DNA from: an uncultured Acidobacteriota bacterium | GTDB taxonomy: Bacteria > Acidobacteriota > Thermoanaerobaculia > UBA5066 > Gp7-AA6 | Reading direction: 5' to 3' | DNA: 64,000 bases | Assembly: GCA_963764715.1 (NCBI GenBank) | Contig: CAVXTP010000022.1 | Location: 96,001 to 160,000 of the forward strand | Shown: piece after piece, positions 1 to 9,673 of the stretch | Position numbering within the stretch: position 1 is the stretch's first letter | Layout: each line of letters begins with the position of its first letter | The notes under the pieces: generated by a model | What the model was told of the DNA's origin: nothing | The model's database searches: none | Seen by the model: the letters and a program-made list of their open reading frames with translations, nothing else | Program-made: the position numbers and the translations under genes

Positions 1-318
1 CCCACGGTGCTCGAAGAGGAGGTCACCCTCGGCCACGGCGCGATCGTTCACGGCGCGACCGTGCGGCGCGGGGCCCTGATCGGGATCCGCGCCACCGTCA
101 TGGACGGGGCCGACGTCGGCGAGTCGGCCTTCATCGGGGCCGGGGCGCTCGTGACGCCGCGGACGATCGTTCCGCCGCGGACGCTCTGGCTGGGCTCGCC
201 GGCCCGCAAGGCCCGTGACCTCTCGGACGCCGAGGTCGAAGATCTCAAGCACTACCACCGCAACTACCTGGGCTACAAAGAGGAGTACTTCAAGACCGAC
301 GGGGCCTCCCCCCGGTGA
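1..318 (+). CDS. Gamma-class carbonic anhydrase family / hexapeptide-repeat protein (5' truncated by window edge)
   Basis: LGHGAIVHGATV..ALIGIRATVMDGA.VGE.AFIGAGALV left-handed beta-helix repeats and C-terminal helix typical of the YrdA/PaaY family. Confidence 0.85.
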   Translation, partial: PTVLEEEVTLGHGAIVHGATVRRGALIGIRATVMDGADVGESAFIGAGALVTPRTIVPPRTLWLGSPARKARDLSDAEVEDLKHYHRNYLGYKEEYFKTDGASPR

Positions 319-1613
319 GCGGGAAGCTCCGGGCGCCCAAGGGCACGCACGACCTCTTGCCGCCCGAAAGCGAGAAGTTCGCCGCCGTCGAGTCGACGGC
401 GCGCCGCGTCTTCGGCTCGTTCGGTTACGGGGAGATCCGCACGCCGATCTTCGAGTCGACCGAGCTCTTCGCGCGCTCGGTCGGCGAGACCACGGACATC
501 GTCCACAAGGAGATGTACACGTTCCCGGACCGCAAGGGGCGCTCGCTGACGCTGCGGCCGGAGAACACGGCGGGCGTCGTGCGGGCGCTGGTCGAAAAGG
601 GGCTCCAGGAGATGCCCCGCCCGATCCGCCTCTGGTACGCGGGGCCCCAGTTCCGCTACGAGCAGCCGCAGGCCGGGCGGTACCGGGAGTTTCGCCAGAT
701 CGGCGTCGAGCTGCTGGGCGTGCCGTCGGCCGCCGGGGACGCCGAGGTCCTCGTCATGTTGTTTGCGTTCCTCGGCGCGCTCGGCTTCACCGACTTGACG
801 GCGACGCTCAACTGCATCCCGAGCGGCGAGGCGCGCGGCGCCTTCTCGAAGGCCCTGCAGGCGCACGTGCGGCCGAAGGCGGCGGCGCTCGGGCCCGAGG
901 ACCGGCGCCGCCTCGACGAGAACCCCCTGCGGCTCTTCGACTCCAAGGACCCCGAGGTCTCGCGGATCCTGGCCGACGCGCCCTCGACGCTCGACTTCCT
1001 GGACGAGGAGTCGCGCCGCCACCACGAGGAGCTCAAGACCCTTCTGGCCGAGGCCGGCGTGCGCTTCTCCGAGAGCGCGGCGATCGTCCGGGGCCTCGAC
1101 TACTACACGCGGACGGTCTTCGAGGTCGCCTCCGAGCGGCTGGGCGCGCAGAACGCGATCCTGGGGGGAGGGCGGTACGACGGCCTCGTCGGCGAGCTCG
1201 GCGGGCCCCCGACGCCGGCCGTCGGGTTCGCGATCGGCGAGGACCGGCTGGTCGCGGCCATGACCGCGGACGTGCGGCCGGCCCGCGCCGTCTTCTGGGT
1301 CGTCCCCGACTCGAAGGCCGAGTTCCGCTATGCCCTCGGCGTCGCCTCGGACCTGCGCGCGGCCCTGCCCGAGGCCGTCGTCGAGACGGACCTGACGGGC
1401 CGGGGCATCGTGAAGGGCCTCGCCCGGGGGGCGCACGTGCTGGCCGAGCCGTCCCGATATCTCTTCCCGGCGGGCGCTGTCAGCGCGGTGCTGCTGGGAT
1501 CACGCGAACGAGAGGACCACACCGTGACGATCAAGGACCTGTCGAGCGGCGAGCAGCAGACCTTTCCGCGGGCGGAGCTGCCCGAGCGCCTCGGCGCCGG
1601 GAGGGAGCGATGA
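315..1613 (+). CDS. hisS: Histidine--tRNA ligase
   Basis: PKGTHD, TPIFESTELF, LRPENTA, FRYEQPQAGRYREF, RGLDYYT and GGGRYDGL motifs. Confidence 0.97.
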   Translation: MSGKLRAPKGTHDLLPPESEKFAAVESTARRVFGSFGYGEIRTPIFESTELFARSVGETTDIVHKEMYTFPDRKGRSLTLRPENTAGVVRALVEKGLQEMPRPIRLWYAGPQFRYEQPQAGRYREFRQIGVELLGVPSAAGDAEVLVMLFAFLGALGFTDLTATLNCIPSGEARGAFSKALQAHVRPKAAALGPEDRRRLDENPLRLFDSKDPEVSRILADAPSTLDFLDEESRRHHEELKTLLAEAGVRFSESAAIVRGLDYYTRTVFEVASERLGAQNAILGGGRYDGLVGELGGPPTPAVGFAIGEDRLVAAMTADVRPARAVFWVVPDSKAEFRYALGVASDLRAALPEAVVETDLTGRGIVKGLARGAHVLAEPSRYLFPAGAVSAVLLGSREREDHTVTIKDLSSGEQQTFPRAELPERLGAGRER

Positions 1614-3385
1614 GGACGCCGCGGCAGCCCGCCGGCGAGCTGCGCGCGGCCGACGCCGGCCGCACGGTCGTGCTCAAGGGCTGGGTCGCGCGCCGCCGCG
1701 ACCTCGGCGAGCTGATCTTCCTGTCGATCCGGGACCGCAGCGGCCTCGTCCAGGTCGTCTTCGACCGGGCGCGCTGTCCGGCCGAGGCCGTCGACACGGC
1801 GGCCGGAGCGCGGAGCGAGGACGTCGTCGCGATCGAGGGCGAGGTCGTTCGGCGCGGCGAGGGCCAGCGCAACCGGGAGCTCGCGACCGGGGAGATCGAG
1901 GTCGTCGCGAAGAGCCTCGCCTTCCTGGCGCGCTCCGAGACGCCTCCGTTCGTCGTGGAAGACCGCACCAACGCGACCGAGGAGCTCCGGCTCGAGTACC
2001 GGTACCTCGACCTGCGGCGGCCGACGATGCTGAAGAACTTCGTCCTGCGCGACGAGATCGCTTTCCGCGTCCGGAAGGTCCTGCACGACCGGGGCTTCAT
2101 CGAGGTCGAGACCCCGATGCTCACGCGCTCGACGCCCGAGGGCGCGCGCGACTTCCTCGTGCCGTCCCGCGTCCACCGGGGCCAGTGGTACGCGCTGCCC
2201 CAGTCGCCCCAGCTCTTCAAGCAGATCCTGATGATGTCGGGCTTCGAGAAGTACTTTCAGATCGCCCGCTGCTTCCGGGACGAGGACCTGCGGGCCGACC
2301 GCCAGTTCGAGTTCACGCAGATCGACCTCGAGATGTCGTTCCCGACGGAAGAGGACATCTTCGACACGGTCGAGGCCTTCCTCGTCGAGGCCTTCGCCGC
2401 GGCCGGGATCGCCGCCGCGCGGCCGTTCCGGCGCATGACGTTCCGCGAGGCCATGGAGACCTACGGGACCGACCGGCCGGACCTGCGCTTCGACCTGCCG
2501 CTCTGCGACCTGTCCGCGGCCGCGGCCGGCACCGGCTTCGCGCCCTTCGAGAAGGCCCTCGCGGGACGGGGCGGGACGGTGCGGGGCCTGCGGGTCCCGA
2601 ACGGCGCGGCGTTCTCGCGCAAGAAGCTGGACGAGCTGACCGAGAAGGCCCGCGAGCACGGCGCGGCGGGTCTGCTCTGGATCAAGAAATCCGGAGGCGA
2701 GGTCGCTTCGCCGGCGAAGAAGAGCCTCACGCCGGGACAGCTCGACGCGCTGCTCGGCGCCGCCGTCGCCGGGGAAGGCGACCTGCTCCTGATCGTCGCC
2801 GACCGGGAGAAAGCCGCTTACGCGGCGCTCGCGGCCCTCCGCGCGGAGGCCGCCCGCGAGCTCAAGCTCGTCGACGAGTCGAAGTACGTCTTCTGCTGGG
2901 TCACGGAATTTCCGCTGCTCGGCCAGGACGACGAGGGCGGGCCGTGGTACCCCATGAACCATCCGTTCACGGGCCCGCGCGAGGAGGACCTCGACCGGCT
3001 CGAGTCCGATCCGGGCAGCGTGCGCGCCCGCGCCTACGACGTCGTCGTCAACGGCTGGGAGCTCGGCTCGGGCTCGATCCGCATCCACCGCGCGGACCTG
3101 CAGGAACGCGTCTTTCGCGTGCTCGGCATCTCCGCCGAGGAGGGACGGGAGCGATTCGGCTTCCTCCTCGAGGCCCTCCGCTACGGCGCGCCCCCGCACG
3201 GCGGGATCGCGCTCGGCCTCGACCGCATCTGCGCGATCGCGGCCGGCGCGACGTCGCTGCGCGACGTGATCGCGTTCCCGAAGACGACCTCGGGTATCGA
3301 CCTGATGACGAAGGCGCCGGCCGGCGTGATGCCCGGCCAGCTCGCCGAGCTCGGCCTGGAGCCGCCCCGCCGGTCGGACGGGTGA
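1610..3385 (+). CDS. aspS: Aspartate--tRNA ligase
   Basis: ATG at 1610 overlaps the hisS stop (ATGA); STPEGARDFLVPSR, LPQSPQLFKQ, FRDEDLRADRQ.EFTQID and PPHGGIALGLDR motifs. Confidence 0.97.
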   Translation: MRTPRQPAGELRAADAGRTVVLKGWVARRRDLGELIFLSIRDRSGLVQVVFDRARCPAEAVDTAAGARSEDVVAIEGEVVRRGEGQRNRELATGEIEVVAKSLAFLARSETPPFVVEDRTNATEELRLEYRYLDLRRPTMLKNFVLRDEIAFRVRKVLHDRGFIEVETPMLTRSTPEGARDFLVPSRVHRGQWYALPQSPQLFKQILMMSGFEKYFQIARCFRDEDLRADRQFEFTQIDLEMSFPTEEDIFDTVEAFLVEAFAAAGIAAARPFRRMTFREAMETYGTDRPDLRFDLPLCDLSAAAAGTGFAPFEKALAGRGGTVRGLRVPNGAAFSRKKLDELTEKAREHGAAGLLWIKKSGGEVASPAKKSLTPGQLDALLGAAVAGEGDLLLIVADREKAAYAALAALRAEAARELKLVDESKYVFCWVTEFPLLGQDDEGGPWYPMNHPFTGPREEDLDRLESDPGSVRARAYDVVVNGWELGSGSIRIHRADLQERVFRVLGISAEEGRERFGFLLEALRYGAPPHGGIALGLDRICAIAAGATSLRDVIAFPKTTSGIDLMTKAPAGVMPGQLAELGLEPPRRSDG

Positions 3386-4464
3386 ACGCCGCGGCCCCTC
3401 CCGAGCGGATCGCGGTCGGCGCCGGCGAGACGACGATCTGGGTCGGCGAGGGGTTGCTCGCGGACGCGTCGAAGTATCTCGTTTCGCCCTCCGGGCGCTT
3501 CCTCCTGGTCTCCGCGGCGCCGGCGCGCGAGGCCGCCGGAGCGGTCCGGCGCGCGCTCGGCGGGACCGCGATCCTCGATCTCGTCGTCGGGGACGGCGAG
3601 GCCGACAAGTCGCTCGCGACCGTCGAGAGCATCGCGGATGCCGCGCTCGCGGCGGGGCTTCGCCGCGACGACGCTTTCGTCGCGGTGGGCGGGGGAGTGT
3701 GCACCGACGTCGTCGGGTTCGCCGCCGCAGTGCTCCTTCGGGGGGTGGCCTGGAACGCCGTGCCGACGACGACCGCCGGAATGGCGGATGCGGCGATCGG
3801 GGGCAAGACCGCCGTCAATCATGCCCGCGGGAAGAACCTGCTCGGGGCGTTCCATCCGCCGCGCACCGTCCTCTCCGATCCGGGGTGTCTCGGGACGCTG
3901 CCCGACCGCGACTATCGGGCGGGCCTCGTCGAGGCGTTCAAGGCGGCGTGGATCGCGGACGCGGGCCTGGCGGCGCGGGCGTCCGGGGCGCTGCCTTCGA
4001 TCCTCCGGCGCGAGCCCGCGGCGCTGCGCGACCTTCTGGCCGGCGCGGCGCGCGTCAAGGCCGCGGTCGTCGAAGCGGATCCTCGCGACGGCGGCCGGCG
4101 CCGGATCCTGAACTTCGGCCACACGCTCGGCCATGCCCTGGAAGCGGCGGGAGGCTGGGGCGCCCTCAAGCACGGCGAGGCCGTCGCCTGGGGGATCGCC
4201 GCCGCCGTCGAGATCTCGCGCCGCCGGGCCGGCCTCTCCGCTGCCGACGCCGCGTCCGTGCGCTCGACGCTCGCGCGGCTGGGGCCCTTTCCGGAGCCCG
4301 TCCGCGACCCCGTGCGGCTGGCGCCGCTGCTCGCCGTCGACAAGAAGGCGACGTCGGCCGGGACCGCGGGTGTTCTGCTCGAGTCGATCGGCCGCGCCAC
4401 CATCGACGAGGCGGTCGCGGCGGCCGAGTGGCTGGAGGCAGCGGCTATAATGACGCTATCGTGA
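3382..4464 (+). CDS. aroB: 3-dehydroquinate synthase
   Basis: GTGA overlap with aspS; GGGV..DV.GF, PTT..MADAAIGGKTAVN, LNFGHTLGHALE and HGEAVA motifs. Confidence 0.93.
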   Translation: MNAAAPPERIAVGAGETTIWVGEGLLADASKYLVSPSGRFLLVSAAPAREAAGAVRRALGGTAILDLVVGDGEADKSLATVESIADAALAAGLRRDDAFVAVGGGVCTDVVGFAAAVLLRGVAWNAVPTTTAGMADAAIGGKTAVNHARGKNLLGAFHPPRTVLSDPGCLGTLPDRDYRAGLVEAFKAAWIADAGLAARASGALPSILRREPAALRDLLAGAARVKAAVVEADPRDGGRRRILNFGHTLGHALEAAGGWGALKHGEAVAWGIAAAVEISRRRAGLSAADAASVRSTLARLGPFPEPVRDPVRLAPLLAVDKKATSAGTAGVLLESIGRATIDEAVAAAEWLEAAAIMTLS

Positions 4465-6182
4465 GCGGGCGTTCCGGTCGACGTCGGATTCGCCTCTTCG
4501 TCCTCTTGTCCGGTGCGCTGATCCTGGCTTCCCTGGTGCCCCTCGTCGTGGCGGAAGCGGTCCTCATCCGCCGGAATCGCCGCACCCTCGAGACGCTCGA
4601 AGAGAAGTACCTGACGCGCTCCTCGGCGGCCATCGCCGACCACATCTCCTCGTATTACGCCTCGGCCGGCCAGCAGCTGACCAAGGCCGTCGACGCGATC
4701 CGGCTGGCCCTCCAGCTGACGGGCAAGGACCCGTTCGGCTCCTCCGACGGCGCGGAGATCCTGGGCGGGGTCCTCCAGGGCCAGAGCGCGCTGGTGGCGC
4801 TGCGCGCGATCAACCTCGAGGGCCGGGGAACGTTCGTCGGGCCGGACCTCCATTCGCCGGAGATGGACTTCGAGTTCCGCCGGGGCTTCGAGACCGCCCG
4901 GGACGGCGTGCGCTACGCGGGCCAGCCGCTCGGCGTCGCGGAGCTCGGGGCGGTAGCCGTGCTGGCCGCGCCCGTGACCAACGAGAAGGGCGCGCGGATC
5001 GGGGTCGTCGAGGCCCTGGTCTCCTGGCAGCCCATCGTCCGGGAGTTCCAGGACGAGGCGCGGCGCGAGGTGCGCGCCACGCTCGTCGACCGCCGCGGAC
5101 GGATCCTCTTTCCGCCGGCGACCGGCGGGCGGGCGGCCACGCATCCTTCGACGCTCGTCGCGGACTTCATCCGGTTCCCGGCGCGCCTGACGCGCTCGGA
5201 GTCGACCCCGGCCGGCAGCGTCCTCGCCTCGATCGCGCCGGTCGGCGACCCGCCCTGGGGCGTCCTCGTCGAGCGCGACCGGGCGCTGGCGTTTGCCTCG
5301 GTCGACCGGATGGTGCGCGACACCATCGTCTGGAGCGCGGTCTGTCTGGCGGGCGCCCTGCTCCTCGGACTCATCTTCGCGCGGCGCCTCTCGCGGCCGA
5401 TCGCCCAGCTCGCCGAGTCGACGCGGGCCATGACCCAGGGCGAGTACGGCACGAGCGTGGAGGTCGCCGGGACCGCCGAGATCGCCGACCTCTCCGAGAA
5501 CTTCAACCGGATGAGCCTCTCGATCGCCGACGCCTTCGAGAAGGTCCAGAAGGCGGCGCGCGAGAACCAGGAGCTCTTCCTGTCCTCGATCCGGGCGCTC
5601 GCCGCGGCGATCGACGCCAAGGACCCGTACACCCGCGGCCACTCCGAGCGGGTCGCGCGCTACTCCTCGGCGATCGCCAAGGAGATGGGCCTGCCCGCCG
5701 ACGAAGTCCGCCGGGCCCGCCTCTCGGCCCTTCTCCACGACGTCGGGAAGATCGGGGTCGACGACCGCATCATCCGCAAACCCACGGCGCTGACCGACGA
5801 GGAGTTCGAGATGATGAAGGCGCACCCGGTCAAGGGCGCCGCGATCATGGAGACAATCCCGCAGCTGGCCGATATCATCCCGGGAATGAAGTACCACCAC
5901 GAGAAGTGGGAGGGCGGCGGCTATCCCGACGGGCTCAAGGGGGAGCAGATCCCGCTGCAGGCCCGCATCGTCGCCGTCGCCGACGCCTTCGACGCCATGA
6001 CCACGACGCGCCCGTACCAGAAGGCGATGGAGGTTTCCTACGTGCTCGAACGCCTGCGCTCGATGTCCGGAACGCGGTTCGACGGCCACGTCGTCGAGGC
6101 GCTCGCCCGCTCGCACGCCCGGGGCGGCCTGATCCCGACGGAGGCCGCGCCCGCGCCGGCCCGGGCGGGGGCCGCCCGATGA
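4461..6182 (+). CDS. Membrane sensor (Cache-like) + HAMP + HD-GYP c-di-GMP phosphodiesterase
   Basis: Two TM segments flanking a periplasmic region, HAMP, then DPYTRGHSERV, LHDVGKI, HHEKWEGGGYPDGL and ADAFDAMT. Confidence 0.9.
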   Translation: MSGRSGRRRIRLFVLLSGALILASLVPLVVAEAVLIRRNRRTLETLEEKYLTRSSAAIADHISSYYASAGQQLTKAVDAIRLALQLTGKDPFGSSDGAEILGGVLQGQSALVALRAINLEGRGTFVGPDLHSPEMDFEFRRGFETARDGVRYAGQPLGVAELGAVAVLAAPVTNEKGARIGVVEALVSWQPIVREFQDEARREVRATLVDRRGRILFPPATGGRAATHPSTLVADFIRFPARLTRSESTPAGSVLASIAPVGDPPWGVLVERDRALAFASVDRMVRDTIVWSAVCLAGALLLGLIFARRLSRPIAQLAESTRAMTQGEYGTSVEVAGTAEIADLSENFNRMSLSIADAFEKVQKAARENQELFLSSIRALAAAIDAKDPYTRGHSERVARYSSAIAKEMGLPADEVRRARLSALLHDVGKIGVDDRIIRKPTALTDEEFEMMKAHPVKGAAIMETIPQLADIIPGMKYHHEKWEGGGYPDGLKGEQIPLQARIVAVADAFDAMTTTRPYQKAMEVSYVLERLRSMSGTRFDGHVVEALARSHARGGLIPTEAAPAPARAGAAR

Positions 6183-6952
6183 GCGCCGCCTCGCGCCGGA
6201 CGTCCGCCATCCTGATCGCGGCGCTCGCGGTCGCCGGCGCCTCCGCCTGCCAGTCGAAGAAGGCGAAGACCTCGGCGGAGGTCCTGCTGACCGAGCGCAT
6301 GGGGCAGGTCCTCCTGCGGGAAGGCCGGCCGGCCGAGGCCGAGAAGGCCTTCCGCGAGATCCTGAAGGACGATCCGAAGAACCCGGAGGTCCAGGACGGC
6401 CTGGGCAACTCGCTCGTGATGCAGAGCCGTTTCCAGGAGGCGCTGCCGTACCTCGACAAGGCCGTCGACCTCGCTCCGAACAACGCGTCCTACCGCAACA
6501 ACCGCGGCGTCGCCTACATGGAGCTCGGCAAGTACAAGGAGGCCGCGGCGGATTTCGACGCGGCCGAGCGGTCGGTCAACCCCGACGACCGCGTCGCGGC
6601 GACGGTCAACCGCGGGCGGCTGTTTCAGAGGCAGGGCCAGTTCGCGGAGGCCGAGACGGCCTTCTCGACGGCGCTCGCCCGCGATCCCCAGTCGTTCGGG
6701 GCGATGTTCGGACGCGCGGCGGCCCGGGAGTCCTCGGGCGACCTCGAGGGCGCCGCCGAGGACTACCTCTCGGCCGTCAAGCTGAACCCCCAGAGCGCCG
6801 AGGCGAACCTGCGGCTCGGCCTCTGCCTCGTCTCGCTGCACAAGCCCGACCTCGGAAGGCGATACCTGCAGCGCGCGGTCGATCTCGACCCGACGGGAGA
6901 CACCGGCGCGAAGGCGCGGCTCCTTCTCGACAGCTCGAAAAACGCGACCTAG
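6179..6952 (+). CDS. TPR-repeat lipoprotein (PilF/PilW-like)
   Basis: Signal peptide with lipobox ASAC; multiple TPR repeats; ATGA overlap with the upstream gene. Confidence 0.85.
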   Translation: MSAASRRTSAILIAALAVAGASACQSKKAKTSAEVLLTERMGQVLLREGRPAEAEKAFREILKDDPKNPEVQDGLGNSLVMQSRFQEALPYLDKAVDLAPNNASYRNNRGVAYMELGKYKEAAADFDAAERSVNPDDRVAATVNRGRLFQRQGQFAEAETAFSTALARDPQSFGAMFGRAAARESSGDLEGAAEDYLSAVKLNPQSAEANLRLGLCLVSLHKPDLGRRYLQRAVDLDPTGDTGAKARLLLDSSKNAT

Positions 6953-6997
6953 CCGCCCCCGGGCGGCCCGGTCCGCCTGATATCTTCCCCCTCCCGC

Positions 6998-7963
6998 ATG
7001 AGCGACGAGACGCCGCCCGCCGACAAGCCCGCGCGCTCCGGGTTCTTCGCCAAGGTGCGCCGCGGTCTCTTCATGACGCACACCGAGATCCTCGAGAAGG
7101 TCGGGACCGCCGTCAAGAAGAGCCTCGGCATCGACGAGTCGGTGCTCGAGTCCCTCGAGGAGGCGCTGCTGTCGGCCGACGTCGGCGCCGAGACGGCGGC
7201 GGCCCTGACCGAGGCCGTCCGGGAGCGTGCCTCGGGATCGCAGCGCAAGGACCTCGCGTTCGTCCGGACGCTGCTCTCCGAAGAGATGGAGAGGCTGCTC
7301 GCCTCGGCCCCGCGCCCCGCGGGCCGGGCGGACGTCCCGCTCTTCGTGAGCTTTCTCGTGGGCGTCAACGGGTCGGGGAAGACGACGACGACCGCGAAGC
7401 TCGCGGCCCGCGAGAAAGCCGCCGGCCGCAGCGTCCTGCTGGCCGCGGCCGACACGTTCCGGGCCGGCGCGATCGAGCAGCTCCAGACCTGGGCCGACCG
7501 CCTCGAGCTGCCGATCGTCCGGCACCGCGAGGGCGCCGACCCCTCGGCGGTCCTCTTCGACGCGCTGTCCGCGGCGAAGGCGCGGGGGGTCCGGACGCTC
7601 CTCGTCGACACGGCCGGCCGCCTCCACACCAAGAAGAACCTGATGGACGAGCTCGCGAAGATGCGCCGCATCGCCGCCCGCGAGGTCGAGGGGGCGCCCC
7701 ACGAGACGCTCCTCGTCCTCGACGCGACGACCGGCACCAACGGGCTCGTCCAGGCCCGGCGCTTCGTCGAGGCCGCCGGGGCGACCGGCGTCGTCCTGAC
7801 GAAGCTCGACGGCAGCGCCCGCGGAGGGATCGTGCTCGCGATCTACCGCGAGCTGAAGCTCCCGGTCGTCTTCGTGGGCGTCGGCGAGACGGTCGACGAC
7901 CTCGTCCCCTTCGACCCGGCCGACTACGCGAAGGCCCTCCTCGAGGACGATGCCGCCCATTGA
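6998..7963 (+). CDS. ftsY: Signal recognition particle receptor FtsY
   Basis: GVNGSGKTTT, DTFRAGA, DTAGRLH, TKLDGSARGG and GVGE motifs. Confidence 0.96.
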   Translation: MSDETPPADKPARSGFFAKVRRGLFMTHTEILEKVGTAVKKSLGIDESVLESLEEALLSADVGAETAAALTEAVRERASGSQRKDLAFVRTLLSEEMERLLASAPRPAGRADVPLFVSFLVGVNGSGKTTTTAKLAAREKAAGRSVLLAAADTFRAGAIEQLQTWADRLELPIVRHREGADPSAVLFDALSAAKARGVRTLLVDTAGRLHTKKNLMDELAKMRRIAAREVEGAPHETLLVLDATTGTNGLVQARRFVEAAGATGVVLTKLDGSARGGIVLAIYRELKLPVVFVGVGETVDDLVPFDPADYAKALLEDDAAH

Positions 7964-9050
7964 CCTCGCCTGGCTCGGCCGGGCCTTCGCGCTCGCCGAG
8001 CGGGGCCGGTACTCGACCTCGCCCAACCCGATGGTCGGGGCGGTCGTCGTGGCCCGGGGCCGCGTCGTCGGCGAGGGCTTCCACCGGCGCGCCGGGGGCC
8101 CGCACGCCGAGGTCCTCGCGCTGCGGCAGGCCGGCCGCTCCGCGCGCGGCGCGGACCTCTACCTGACGCTCGAGCCGTGCGTCCACGCCGGTCGCACGCC
8201 CGCGTGCGCTCCGGTCGTCGTCGCGTCGGGCGTCCGGCGCGTCATCGTGGCCGCCACGGATCCGAATCCGAAGGTCGCGGGCCGCGGCGCGGCCGCCCTG
8301 CGCCGGGCGGGAATCGAGGTCGTCCGGGCGCCGGGGCCCTGGAGGAGCTGGGCGGCCGAGCAGAACGAGCGATTCCGGGCCTGGGTCTCGACCGGCCGGC
8401 CGTTCGTTCTCGCCAAGTGGGCGGAGACCCTCGACGGCAGGACGGCCGAGGCCTCGGGGAAGAGCCGCTGGATCACGGGAGAAGCGGCCCGGCGGCAGGC
8501 GATGCTCTGGCGCGAGGAGTACGACGCGGTCCTCGTCGGGGCCGGCACCGTGATCGCGGACGATCCGCGGCTGACGCGGCGCCTGCGCCGCAACCGGTCG
8601 ACCGAGCAGTGGAGGATCGTGCTCGACGGCCGGCTCCGGGTTCCCGAGGCCGCCCGGGTCTTCCGGTCGCCCGGCCGGCGCGTCGTCGTGACGGCGGCCC
8701 GCCTCTCGCATCCGAAAGTCGCGCGGCTGCGGTCGCGCGGCGTCGAGGTCTGGCGCCTGCCGGGCGCCGCTCCGGGGCGGGTCGACCTGCGCGCGCTTCT
8801 TTCCGAGCTCGGCGCGCGGGCGGTGACGGGGCTGATGGTCGAGGGCGGGGCCGAGACCCTGTGGGGCTTCTTCGACGAGGGACTCGTCGACCGGGCGGCG
8901 GTCTTCGTCGCGCCGCGGATCCTGGGCGGCCGCGGCGCCCCGGGCGGAGTCGGCGGGGGCGGGTTTGCGCTCGGCCGGACGCCCCGTCTCGCCGACGTTC
9001 GCGTCGAAGCGCACGGGGGCGACATCCTCGTCACGGGCCGCCTCGCGTAG
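7950..9050 (+). CDS. ribD: Riboflavin biosynthesis deaminase/reductase RibD
   Basis: PNPMVGAV, HAE, TLEPC.H.GRTPAC, DG..A...G.SRWITG and VEGG motifs. Confidence 0.95.
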   Translation: MPPIDLAWLGRAFALAERGRYSTSPNPMVGAVVVARGRVVGEGFHRRAGGPHAEVLALRQAGRSARGADLYLTLEPCVHAGRTPACAPVVVASGVRRVIVAATDPNPKVAGRGAAALRRAGIEVVRAPGPWRSWAAEQNERFRAWVSTGRPFVLAKWAETLDGRTAEASGKSRWITGEAARRQAMLWREEYDAVLVGAGTVIADDPRLTRRLRRNRSTEQWRIVLDGRLRVPEAARVFRSPGRRVVVTAARLSHPKVARLRSRGVEVWRLPGAAPGRVDLRALLSELGARAVTGLMVEGGAETLWGFFDEGLVDRAAVFVAPRILGGRGAPGGVGGGGFALGRTPRLADVRVEAHGGDILVTGRLA

Positions 9051-9060
9051 ACTCCGTCGG

Positions 9061-9673
9061 ATGTTCACCGGGATCGTGACGGCCCTCGGGACCGTCCGCT
9101 CCGTCGAGCGGCGCCGGGGCGGCGCGCGGATCGAGATCGCGCCACCTCCCGGCGAGGCGCGCTACCGCGCGGGCGAGAGCGTGTGCGTGTCCGGGGTGTG
9201 CCTGACGGCCGTCGTGCCGGGACGCCGGCTCGTCGCGGACCTCTCGGAGGAGACGCTCCGGCGTTCGACGCTGCGGAGCGCCGAACCCGGCGTACGCCGT
9301 CAATCTGGAGCGGGCCCTGCGCTGGGGCGACCGGCTCTCGGGACACTTCGTGATGGGCCACGTGGACGGGATCTCGCGCGTTCTCTCGATCCGACGGGCC
9401 GGCAATTCGTGGACCTTCCGCTTCTCGATCCCGGCGGGCCTCGGGAGCCTCGTGGCGATGAAGGGGTCGGTGGCGCTCGACGGCGTGAGCCTGACGGTGG
9501 CGGCGCGGCGGGGCAACGCCTTCAGCGTCGCCATCATCCCCGAGACGTTCCGCCGAACGACGCTCGGTCGGGTCCGCGCCGGCGACCGCGTCAACTTCGA
9601 GGCCGACGTCTTCGCGCGGTACGGTCGCCGGGGCTCTCTCGCGAGAATCCGACCCCGGCGCTCCGCGCGATGA
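9061..9673 (+). CDS. ribE: Riboflavin synthase alpha chain, with apparent one-base frameshift near 9290-9299
   Basis: MFTGIV start and SVCVSGVCLT in one frame; VNLERAL..GDRLSGHFVMGHVDG, KGSVALDGVSLTV and VNFEAD continue in the +1 frame. Confidence 0.9.

Noticed and set aside
215-1609. Long N-terminal extensions in the ORF track (215..3385, 2185..4464, 18305..21040, 54872..58714 etc.) suggesting giant fusion proteins
   Set aside because: These are stop-poor alternative frames of high-GC DNA overlapping real genes; true starts sit at ATGA/GTGA overlaps where homology begins.
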